DNA of 64,000 nt from Chrysomallon squamiferum (taxonomy: Eukaryota > Animalia > Mollusca): assembly GCA_012295275.1 (NCBI GenBank), contig CM022671.1:20336001-20400000 (forward strand), given 5' to 3'. Below the pieces are notes generated by a model that did not search any database, was not told where the DNA came from, and saw only the letters and a program-made list of their open reading frames with translations. The position numbers and the translations under genes were made by a program. This document shows positions 1-12,400 of this stretch, piece by piece (position 1 is the stretch's first letter; each line of letters begins with the position of its first letter).

Positions 1-37
1 CACATATGCATACTATAATCATAGTAATAATACTTAC

Positions 38-465
38 TTCGCCTTTTCTTTGGCAAGCCACAAATACTATACTGAGGGGCACAATCGCGCACTGCATCCA
101 TATTGGGTGGATCATACGTCGCAGGGCCGGGATTGGAATCGCCTGTAAAATAGATTTTTTTTTAAAATTTCTACTACAGATATGTTGGTTAGAGACACAA
201 AATGTATAATCAGGTTCTACGCAGTCTTCCGTTCTACATTATAAAATACAAAATTTAATTTTTAATATTATAATTATTTTTTAAATAACGAAAATTTTTT
301 AGAAAATTGTAACAATAAAATATCATATTTATGCCTCGTTTATTTTATTTTATTTTTGTATTATTTTATTTTAATATCACAATGATTAAATGCACTGTAG
401 GCCCTATTAGATATTTTAATAGTTTTTTTGCTTTCTTTTTTTCTTAAATGTTTTCACTATAATTA

Positions 466-520
<55 letters not shown>

Positions 521-649
521 TAATAATAAATAATAAATAAATAAATAAATAAATTAATAATTTTCGTACCTAGATTTGTTAAAGGTTTTCCTCCGGGTGG
601 AACTATGTAATCTCCCATGGCTGTTCTAGGGGCCGAGGCTTTTAAAATA

Positions 650-720
<71 letters not shown>

Positions 721-794
721 TGGCATGCGAGTAATTTTACAAACGGTTAACTAAAAGTTGTTTATATTTCTTTATATAACACAACATTCCCAGC

Positions 795-846
<52 letters not shown>

Positions 847-955
847 TCGATTAAATAAAAATAAAAATAATGTAGATGGGTAATATATAAGTAATGAAAG
901 TGTAAAATGAAACATTTCAAAGTATAGTCTCTCTCTCGCTATATAATATATATAT

Positions 956-1008
<53 letters not shown>

Positions 1009-1277
1009 TATATATATATATACTCACACACATATACATGTACACACAATTATTATTATTATTTTTATTATTATGTGGTTATGTTAAGAGGAATTAACAA
1101 ATTTAAGAACATTAAACTAACAACAGAATGCTTACGTTTTGGTTGAAGATAAGTCTTTATTGTTCCCTTCGATCTTGTTTTCTTGTGAATCTTAAGTAAT
1201 TGAGCATTTTCAGCTATGTCCAAATGGCTTTTAGCTGAAAACCTTTTAAAAACCGCAGTAAAAGGATGATGAGACAT
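38..1277 (-). CDS. PGP/SHIPPO-repeat ciliary/sperm-tail protein (ODF3/STPG-like), first 3 coding exons; gene continues beyond the left window edge
   Basis: Minus-strand exons 1277-1136, 638-570 and 142-38 have GT-AG boundaries and compatible phase-1 junctions. Spliced product: MSHHPFTAVFKRFSAKSHLDIAENAQLLKIHKKTRSKGTIKTYLQPKPSAPRTAMGDYIVPPGGKPLTNLGDSNPGPATYDPPNMDAVRDCAPQYSICGLPKKRR. The 105-nt exon 3 encodes one PGP-x-x-Y...AP-x-YSI unit typical of SHIPPO repeats. Confidence 0.75.
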
Positions 1278-1364
1278 GTTTTATTATTATTATTATTATT
1301 ATTTTTTTTTTTAAAAGCTTTTGGTTCGTTTGTTTCGCTCCAAAACAAGACACGAGATTGTTTA

Positions 1365-1412
1365 TGACGTCACGTCATCCTAATAACAACGTTAGTAATT
1401 GTTGCCTAGAAA
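1365..1412. promoter_or_regulatory. Putative promoter of the PGP-repeat gene: CRE palindrome plus RFX X-box-like site
   Basis: TGACGTCA at 1365-1372 and GTTGCCTAGAAA at 1401-1412 (TTTCTAGGCAAC on the minus strand), about 90-135 bp upstream of the ATG at 1277. RFX sites are typical of ciliary gene promoters. Confidence 0.45.
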
Positions 1413-1655
1413 AAGATTTAAAATGTCTAAATATTCACGAATTTAAATAATAAAGAAAGACATCATTAGTATGAAATAATAATTTAATAATAATAATAGT
1501 AATAATAATAGTAATAATAGTAATAATAATAATAAAGGGTGAAAGATTCGAAACTAACTTTATATGGGTTTTACTTCATAAATACGTGCAATAAAATTTT
1601 GGTTTGATTTATAAAAACAAACATTTTTTTTTTTTTTCCCAATCTTCTTTTAACA

Positions 1656-1692
<37 letters not shown>

Positions 1693-1756
1693 CCCTTATT
1701 AATGTCATTTCGTATTATATTTCTTCCCTTTAATCAGTTTTTAACCCAACACTTGA

Positions 1757-1910
1757 GACGTAACTCAGTACAATAGGATCACTGAATCCGTGACATTATA
1801 TTTAATAGTCCACCCATTCAGCTATTTATCCGTTCCAGTCTATATCAGAAGACAAGCATGTATAGGCCCAGTCGAAAAATGTAATTAACGATATAGGTTT
1901 TCCTCTGTTG
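1757..1910 (+). mobile_element. Decayed SINE-like remnant
   Basis: GACGTAACTCAGT (A-box-like) ... CCCATTCAGCTATTTATCCGTTCCAG ... GGTTTTCCTCT; motifs shared with the other copies in the window. Confidence 0.4.
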
Positions 1911-3496
1911 TTAATCTCTATACGGTACACTACGAAGATAATGAACTAATAGAGACGGTGAGGTGTCCGTTGGTGCTTAAATAGCAAGTGAAAGTATTTA
2001 ATATTATAAACACTTCAAGTTTAATACCGTAATCTGAAATATGTATTCAAATATTTTAATATGACATTGCAAGTTTGATCATTTCATACTGTTAATACGA
2101 AATAGTTACTTAAATCTTACAGAGAGATAATATTTTAATATTACAACACTGTGAGTTTAATAGTATGTTATGAAATATCTAATTCTGTGAAGTTAGCGGT
2201 TAAAACCAGTAAAGGATTATGATGCCTGGGACGATGTGGCCTTTTGTTAACACAGTGTGTTGTGAGTGTATTGTGACTTGACGGCTTACGTCGCCCACAT
2301 TTACGGCTACACATCGATCATCGCGTGAATTATGAATGCCATCAGCTGTTCAAAGGAAACTCGAACGCTCGCTTCGGACATGAAAGAATTTGTTCGTTTA
2401 ATCGATGGTTTACTGTATTATAAATCATAACTTTTAAAAACTCATCGTTTAGTAGGGTAAAGAGTTTGTCAAAGTAAAGAGATTAATATTGGTTTCTGTG
2501 GTTGGATGTTGTCACCATTCATAACGGAAAGCATATAAACCTAACAATTAAAGATCTTAAAATTTAGTAATGAATTAAAAACAAAAAAAAACAATTCTTT
2601 AACAATATCCAGAAATGGTAGGAAAATAACAGTGTATTTTCTTGTTTTATTTCTTTTTTTTACGCTCTCCCATTAATATATTATTCCTTCATATGTAATT
2701 TTACAATTTGCGAGATTTTTAAAATTATTTTAAAATTAATTGTTGCATAAAACAATAAGTGTATTGTGCACGTCCACCAGTATTTTAATATGTAGATTTT
2801 GAACTTATGTCACATTATATAGTGTCTTTTTTATACAGTATTTTTGAAGAGGAATGAATATGAAGAGAAATCATTATTATTGCAGATTTTAATGTAAACT
2901 TTTACACAACTTGATAAATATTTAATAAAACAAAATAAAAGATTAAGTAAGACAAAATTTGTATAATAATTTTGTTTATTTATAATTTGTATATATAAAA
3001 AAAATTAAAAAAAATGAATAAATTCTCGAGTAGTATAAGAACACTGATATTGCATTTCAAAAAACGTTACTGTGAAGATTTTAAATTATTGTGATAATAT
3101 GATTAAATACATTCATGTAAACGGTCATTCATTTATCAATAAAAAATGTTTATCATCATTCATATCCAAATTATTATTACAAACGAATATTCAATCTTTT
3201 ATATCAAAACCCATAACATCTTTTTTTTCATTAACTGAAATTTTTTAGTTTAAATCTAAAACAACTGAATATGTTTGAGTTTAAAATTTCATTATATCTG
3301 AATAGAAAAAATTTACAGAAATTCTATAAATTTATTTATTTATTTTTTTTATTATTTTAAAGAAAGGAAAAAATTAATTAATTCCTTTTCCATAATTGTA
3401 TTCCAGTACAAAAATGGGATTTTTTTTTTTTTTTTAACAGTCTGCTGTCACATTTCTTATCTCCTTTTATAGAGAGCACTCAAAGAATGGATAACT

Positions 3497-6400
3497 CTAT
3501 TTTGGAACATTAGCCAGAGCTGGAACTAGTGCGTAATATATGTCTATTCCCTTCAGAAAGATTTTCTCATTCAGATACTCATTATGATCATGAAGTAAGA
3601 TTGGTGTGTTGTTCATAGGTGAGAAACCAATGGCTGGGATTCCACACTGAAAATAACAAAATTAAATTATATATAAAAGAATGGTAAATATATATCCCAA
3701 TGTACTAATTTCTAAAAAAAGAGCGACTTTTAGAAAAAAAAGTTATGTATGTTGGTTTCTTTAAAATAAAACGAATATATTATTTAACACACCTGCTCTA
3801 CCCTCTCATTAACAGCAGAAAAGGGTACAAAGAGAAACAAATTTGTTAACATTAAAACAAAAACAAAAAAATATTAAAAAAATTAAAATTAAAATTTTAT
3901 CATATAATATTTGTCCTAAAAAATACACTAAAATTACTATAGAAATATATTATTTAGAAGTTAAAGTGTTTTTAAAAAATAAAATTGCAAATGAAACCTT
4001 TCTTGTTCCTTTGCTGTCAGTGCCAGCAGGAAAAATTTCTTTTTTTATTTTGAGTCCTCTGTAATAAATAAATTTAGAGATTTAGCAAAAAAAGACAAGG
4101 TAAATATTATACAAATTATCTAAAATATATTCTTTATTCTTCATTGAGACTGTTCTTTGTTTTCTACTTAGTGTCCAGACTTACTAACAATAAAACAGCA
4201 AACTTACATAGTTTTGCTTAACAGGGATTGGTTATGAGGTAAAGGAAACCCCCCTCCAAAAAAAACCTTGAAATAATGTGAAATATTTTTTGGTAATTTG
4301 TATACACCATCTAAGACATACCTTAAGGAAGACATTATGCAGCAAACCATGGAGATTTGCCTGACAGAACTCATATCATTATCAAGGCATCCTCTGTATT
4401 ATACATAAGCTAATACTTTTCTAACTCAGATCATTATTATCAATGCGTTAAGACTGCCAAAATTTAAATCATTATCTGAGTTAAGGCTGCCAAAACTCCG
4501 ATAATTACTGCCACTTGAAAGTGCAAAAACTCATATTATTATCAGTCAAGACTGCCAAACTCACATCATTATTACAGAATTATGACCCTCAAAACCGTAA
4601 TCAAGATGTCCTCTTTGAACCTTTGACATGTGACAGCTTGTTCGAAGTTAAACATGGAGGTCTAATGCAAATGATTTTTATCACAGAGTTATGTCAATTT
4701 ACAACTCTCTTTTATAAACCTTCATTATCGAGCCACTGAGTGTTTTGTCAACACAACATCAATTTGCTCAAATCTAATGGAGACAGTCTGTGAATGTGTT
4801 ACACCAGTAAGTTTACTTTAGTCTAGTCGACTGAGGCAATGAATCACAATGACAATGCAAAGCTGTCACGGTACCAATATTCATTTTAAAGTGTTCTCAG
4901 ATAAAGAGATCTCGGCAAATTACAATAACATGATCTAGTTTCATCAAGTGTCATTATACTGTTTGGAGAATGGAATAGAATTACATACAATGAAAACAGG
5001 TTAATTGAAGATGATCAGATGTAAACATATTAACTGATGTTTATTTATTTATTTCTTTTTTTCACATACTTTGCAATAAGTGCTTCATTCAAATGTTCAA
5101 TTACAGGGATGAAAAAAAGAAAAAATAAATTTTACTAAATTTGATTATAATGTTTTTGATTGCTTTGAAGAAAAAGAAAATAAAAAGATTCAAAAATTAT
5201 CCATAAACACCCAAAGGCATACATACCTATACCAGATAATTACGCTAACACATGGATATATATATATATTTTTTTATTTACACACTTGTGTGTGGTGTAT
5301 GGTATGATGTAATGGAATCCAAGACAAAAACCCCATTGTATAAAGCCCATCACACAAAATCCCACTGAGTGCATTGCATTTTGCACAAAACCCCTCTCTT
5401 GAAATTTATTTTCAAAAGAACAATATAATATTTGGTATTTCTTGTTTAATTAATATATCTTTGATGCTGTTGGTTGATTAATTACTGAATCTGTTTCTCA
5501 CTGAACTGCAGAGGTAATCCGTTAGATGAAGAAAGCACTGACAGTACCACTGGATGGCTTCTTTCATAATTGATATTATCTGAACTTATGACCAAGGGAT
5601 TAATGTGACCAAGAAAACATAATCTAAGAAATTTAGAAATCCAATAAACCATGGACTTAGATCTTCTGAAAGCTAATTTTGGAATGGGCATAAGACAAAT
5701 TCTATAAACAATGGCACCTTTATAAGGTACAGAAATGCACTGTCATTATTTATTCCCTTAAAACTACTTATATTGACACAGTGGTAGAGATTATCAAGGA
5801 CAACAAAGGTGATCTCAAGTTAATTTAGGAAAAATATACTCCAGCAACATTGCATCAGTAAATTATCTCCCACAAATACATGTATTCATTAAATGATCAG
5901 TGGTTAGAAACAGAATATGAAACTGTGAACTAATATTAATTTTCACTGTGTATGTTTCTATGTAAATGAATAATAAAGAGTCTCAATCAGATTTTCTTAC
6001 ATATTTGAATATGAATATGTCTGTATTGTGTTTTGCCTGCTTGTGGATATGTCCAAGGTTTTTTTTTTTTCCTGTGTTTTTTTTTTCAGGTGTGTTTTTT
6101 CCAGTAGGGGTAATCTCCTTTTACCGATGAGAGTGTGAGTTGTGGTTTTATGTGTGCATGTGGCATGCATGCATGCATGTTTCTGTCTGTGCATATGTTT
6201 GTGTTAAGAAGTTGACTTTTATGTATATACACACACACAAACACAATGCATTCATTTCATCATTTCTCATTTCAGATATAGCAAACAAAACGGTCTAGCA
6301 GAGATTACAGTCAGGTGCTTTTCTAACTAAATGTTGATAATAATCAAGAAGAAGAGCCCATGCAATCATATCATTAAATAAAAATAATAATAGTCACATT

Positions 6401-9400
6401 GACATTTAGTAACTGTTCAATTCAAAATAATTGAGGTGATGTTAAATCATTATTTACTTATGTCAATAAACACACTGAAAGTACTCACAGTGTATCAAAT
6501 GTTTTGCTGAAAGCCTTCCACCATGGATCATTTTCATCTGTTGATGTAATTTCCTGAGATACAGCTTTCTGGTGCCCATAAGGTAAATGAAAGATAGTGA
6601 TGAATATACAGCAGTATCAGATCAGTTATTAAATCAGTGCATATTTGTTGTTATGCAGTGTTCTTATATGTTTTTAAGTCAAGAAATACAGAATAGAAAA
6701 ACAACAATGATATTAAAATGCATAATGTTACAGAAATATCATAACAAAAAGAACTATACATGCTATATAAACATACATAGACACACATGTATATTAATAC
6801 TGACATCCACACTAACATGTACACACACACATTGATATAATGAGTTCAATTTGGTATATGAAGTAATACTTGATTTTACATACAGACCTGAACAAACTCG
6901 TAAGTTACACCTTCTCCTGCTTCTTCACACCATTTTTTTATCATTGCCTCAAATTTCGCTAAATCTACTGAGGGTGGGATGCGAATATCAAAACCTAAAT
7001 GGAAAATATTTTAATACTAGATCAAAATGCAGCCAAATATTTTAATGTTAAATACAATCAAAATACAGCCAAATATTTTAATAGCATCAAATACAAGATC
7101 AACTAATAGAACAAAAATTTAAATACAAGACCAAATATTTTTATATAGTCAAATACAAGATCAGATAATTTAACATAAATTTAAATAAATATTCAAATTT
7201 ATATTAAATTTCAAATACAAGATTAAAAGACAGCCAAACATTTTAATATAAAGTTAAAGACAAAAAAAAATAATATGTGGGAATTATTTTAATATAAAAT
7301 TAAATACAAGATCAAAATAAAGATTTTAAAATGGTTAATTTTTGTTAATATCAAAATGGATGGGCTCACCTACAGACAGTTTGTCAGGAACAACATTAAA
7401 CTGGACACCACCCTGATGCAGAAATAATCCATTTATTAATGAAACGAATCAGATAAAAGGTTCTGATTATTTGACTGTTTATACAAACAAAAAACAAAAA
7501 AGCATTTTGTTCTTGTTTAACTGCAAACTGCATTTAATAATGAATTTATCTTGAATTGTACTGAATTGTATTCAGTGTAAATAACTGAAAAGTGAACTTA
7601 ATAATGCTTTTTTTTTTTTTTAGCCTGGAATTGTACTGACTTGTATAACTTAGCTGCCTTAAGCACTATTAAATTAATGACAGACTTTTTGTTTCTTGGA
7701 AATTTAATCCTGCAGAATTTTTCTATTTTGACTACTTTTTATTCAGTTGTATTTTAAACAGTTAATGCATTAAGTATTGTAAATATAATTTGACTTAGTT
7801 TTTTTTTTTTTGAGGAAATGTACCTGAAGCATTGTTAAATTAACAGTGGTCACATCACCAATGGTTAACTTTTCATCTGAGAGTAATCTGCAAATTAATA
7901 AATGAAATAAAATAAACAAGCATATAAATAAATAAATAAATTAATTACTTAAACAAACAAACAGGGTCCCATCACCAATGTTTAATTTTTGATTTATATA
8001 ATTGTAAAGACATGCTCAGCAACAACTGGACTCATGCCAGTATAGAACAAGTGCAGTGTTTTTAAAACATTCAGTAGTGACAAGTAATTTTACCTTTTTT
8101 CCTCTTCATTTCGGAAGTTAAGAAAAGTGTTGATGATACGTTGCTATGATTAAAAAAAAAAAAAAAAAAAAAATTAATTTATTTAAAAAATTTTAAATGC
8201 ATCTATCTGTCTGGGAAATATAAACTGCTTACCACTAAAACAATTTCAGTCATGTGTTGTTTGTCTTTGTAAATAACATATGTATTAAAAATGAATATTC
8301 TCATTACAGTAAAGTTAAAATGAGAGAAATAGATAAAGACAGATGAAAAAGAGAAGGGGGAGAAAGAAGAGTGATAGCCAAGTAGAAAGTAAGAGATTGT
8401 AAATGTATGCCTGGGATAGACTCAAACTGTTGATAAACTAAAATGAGATTTTGTTTTAAAACATTAATTCAGAAAGACTGTGTCAGACACAAAGGCTGGA
8501 ACTCTAGATAACACTAGATTAGTGCATTAGCAAATTAGGGTGAAAAAGGTTTGTTAGATAGTTTTAAAACTTCTACAGTTAGTTTAGGGTAAGAGACACA
8601 GTTATATTTGATCCCAGTACCCTGACGTATCTAAAGTAATACTGTTATGTAATTAGGCATGGAACATAAGACAGTAGCTCAAAGCATAAACTGTATTTGA
8701 AAATTACTTAGAAGAAAACAAAAATCAGAATAACTAGACAATTAGAATTTTCATCTTTTTTATTAAATATATTTTTAAAAGTAAAATTAAGCATCATTTA
8801 GACTAGCCATGTTAACACAAATCCAAATATATATATTTTTTTCACTAAATGGAAAAAGTTTTTTTCTTCTTTTTATTTGTTATTTTTAAATTATTTTGAC
8901 TCACCAACTTTATCCCTGCAGTGTTCTTTAGCAACTGTGATCCATGCCCTGGCTGACCTGAGCAGATAACTCTCACCCCTAACAAGAATTTGAAATATTA
9001 CTAAGAATTTTGCTCCATTATAATGTTTGATGTAAAAGTGAAATATTTCATTGGAATTTTAAAATTTAATACGTACCAGCCAGTCTGAGCAATATTACAT
9101 TATGTGTTGGGGGGATAAATTACATTAGTTTTGATCTGTGTTTTAAATTTGTCATCAACATTTGTTATTCAATTAGCAGTATTATTGTCAGTTTATGGAT
9201 TATAAGAAAGAAGAGAGATTGCCTCTAAAACCTCTGATTAATGTTATATGACATACTAATATGCCAGTGTTAAAAGACTTAGCTACTGCAAAACTAAAGT
9301 TTGACAGTTTCAAAAAAAAAAAAAAAAAAGTTACTTGTAAAATTACAGTTAAACTGTGTTTGCAATAAATTCAAAATATTCACTTTTGCAAAACAGTATT

Positions 9401-12400
9401 GATTTTTCTGAATTTCATATCATCCATGGCTCAACACTCTGCTTTTAACTTTAATCCATATCATGATTATCAGTGCTGGATATAATCCCAAATAATGAAA
9501 GCCCAAAATGATGACATCAGGGTTAGCATGTTTTCAGGATTCTGACATTCTGACATTTTCACATTTGGGATTTTGACTTTCATAATTATGATCCAAACTC
9601 TATCATTCTCATTGCAGTCATTGTAATCATCATCTTTATCATCACAGATTCATTGTTGTTAATATTTAGTCATTAACCATATATGTTATACCATTCAACC
9701 ATACATAAAATATATGTGTTCAGTGAATTATTAATTATTATTATTACTGTTTTTGTTTTGTTTTTTGCTATTGTTCTTGTTATTATTATTATTTAAAAAG
9801 TTTAATAAACTATTTGTTACTTACACCACATGCTTCTTTCAGCATAGAACACTCTGAATTCATCTCCTGGATTGGCAATTCCTTTGAAAAATTAAATAAT
9901 TGTTTACATTTTGTGATTTTACTGCTATAATACAAACATTTTCATTTCAAAAACAAAACCAGAATAGCTGTTAGTACTGGGGCAGCAAGTCTGCTCTTAC
10001 AGTCCTTTACTATAATATTAATGATACCATATAACCACTGAATTTGTACCCAAGGTTGATATCTAAATCAGAACTTGTGGTACAATACAATATAAACAGT
10101 ATGTTATAGCTAACTGATTAAAGAGTCTCTGTTGTAGCTGAGATAGATTTTGCACATTTTCAAAATAAATAATACAAACCTTCATCAAGAGCAAAGCCAA
10201 CATTAAGCTCAGCAAATTCCTTCCATTTTAAAAATTCCTGCCATGTCTTACTACCAATTTCCTCATCTGAAGGAGTATACAAAAGATATAATAAAAAAAT
10301 TAATTTATATTCTGTTCAAATATTTGATTAATAATTCACAATTATTTATCCTACTCTAACACGTACTAGAATAAATAAACAGTCTTATGTACTTGGTCAA
10401 AATATTTATTAAAAAAACATAATTAAAACAATAATTTTACATAACACCAAAATAATCAATAGTATGGTCTAAGTTTTAAAAAGTGTAGTGAATAAAGAAA
10501 CATAGAAACACACTCACCCACATCCACACTTATACACATTTACAATTAGACACCCAACAATTGGTACTCTTTTATTTACCAGAAGAAAAAGATAAATGTA
10601 TATCTCTAAGACAGGATTTTCCTTCATTTTTTAGTTGACGTACAGCTTCTAGATACCTAGAAATAATACATGTGAAATAAGAATCATTATAAATCTGTGA
10701 TTCATGTTTTATAATTCTTTTGCATTAGATATATGCAACTGGTGTTAAAGTATTAAAATTGTGTAAATATTCTGAATTAGTAATTTAAGTGAGAAAACAT
10801 GGCAGGAAAGTTAACAGGAGAAGTCAAATTGTTAATTTTATGTGAATGAACTGACTCAGATTTTGTCTTAATTGGGTTCAGTGGGGTCTTCTGCATTTCA
10901 ATCAATTCAGAATGTTTAGAACACTCACAACAATTTAATCTCGTTTGGCTGTCAGCTGGATATGGCCAATATTTAACAACATGTAAACAAAAAGATGTAT
11001 TATTGCATATAATTATTTTGACATGGCATAAAGACATAATGTATTCTGTATTTGTATGTATGAGGTATGATATATATACATATATACATATACATGCATA
11101 CACATATACATACATGCATACATATACATATACATACATACATATACATATACATATACATATACATGTATACACACATAAACATATACAAAGGTTTTTT
11201 TTATTTTTCTGAAAAAATATCTTGGCTAAGTTTGAAAAAATTCTTGAGCTGTAATGCACTTTTCTTATATTAGTATAAAGATGTTTGTCACCTCAAATAT
11301 TTGCAAGTATCCGATAAAAATGGCTTTTCTACATGAAATGTCAGAACTGAATAATAAATTAACTTTTAATGTGCTGATTCTTGATTCCTCAATGCATTAT
11401 CCAGTATTAAACAGTACAAGAAACCTATAAATATCTAGGCTATTTCTGTAGCAGTAGTTCAGTTTGTAATTTATTATCATTATTGTTGTTGTTGTTGTTG
11501 TAATTTATTATTAACATTATTATTTTTTAATTTTTAATAATTTTTTTATTATTAACAGTGCTGTTGTTTTAATCATTGTTATCACCAACATCAATAATAT
11601 GCTGATTATTACATTTAGCCTAGTTTTCTTAGATGACATGTTTGTGTGGTGAAACATTCAAATGGTCTAAATTCTGGCTGGTGATGAATATTTGCTAGTG
11701 TTAAAGTAAATAAAATAATATACTAAAAAGGTTGTTTACAGAATACTAGTTTTCTTTTTTTTTTTTTTGCATTTCTACATTATATTCTTCAGAGGTATTT
11801 AATGTCACACTTTATTATTAGAGAATGATGGTTGTCAGTATAAAATAAAACGATCACAGAGGTGCATCACAGTAACATGTTCTCGCAGATTACATCATTT
11901 CAGTTAAAATCTTTTTCCATTATTAAAAAGATAGGAAGAAAAATATTTGTATTTTAATGACATATTTTTTGAATAGGTGATATCAGCTAATGATCATATA
12001 GGGATAATGCAAAAACACACCTAGAACACAATAGCATCTCTTTTTCAATTAGTAATAATTAAGTATTGTTTATTCTCAAAAACAGGAATTTCCTTGTTAT
12101 TTAAAACTAATTAGTCTATTTTCTGTAATAGCTATAGCTAGCACACAATAGTATTTTGTTTTCAGTTAGCAATAAGTGTTGTTTATTCTCAAAAACTGGA
12201 ATTTCAATGTTACTAAAAAAAATAATTAGTCTATTTTCTGTAATTTCATCCATGTCCAATTTCATCCATTATCGGGAAGACACACTCTTGATTAACAAGG
12301 GTTAAGTAACATTAATCTTCTTGAAACAAGATTTGTATAATATATGTTGTCTCAAAATTAATTTTCTGCTGCCTAGTTTAAAATAGCCACTTCTGTTATA

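Noticed and set aside
5521-5585. C/D snoRNA-like ATGAAGA...CTGA...CTGA in an ACY1 intron
   Set aside because: Imperfect C box, weak terminal stem and no recognisable rRNA guide; expected by chance in AT-rich DNA.
10777-11273. Overlapping 60-160 aa ORFs rich in Y/I/H/C/V
   Set aside because: Translations of a (TACATA)n microsatellite in an ACY1 intron.
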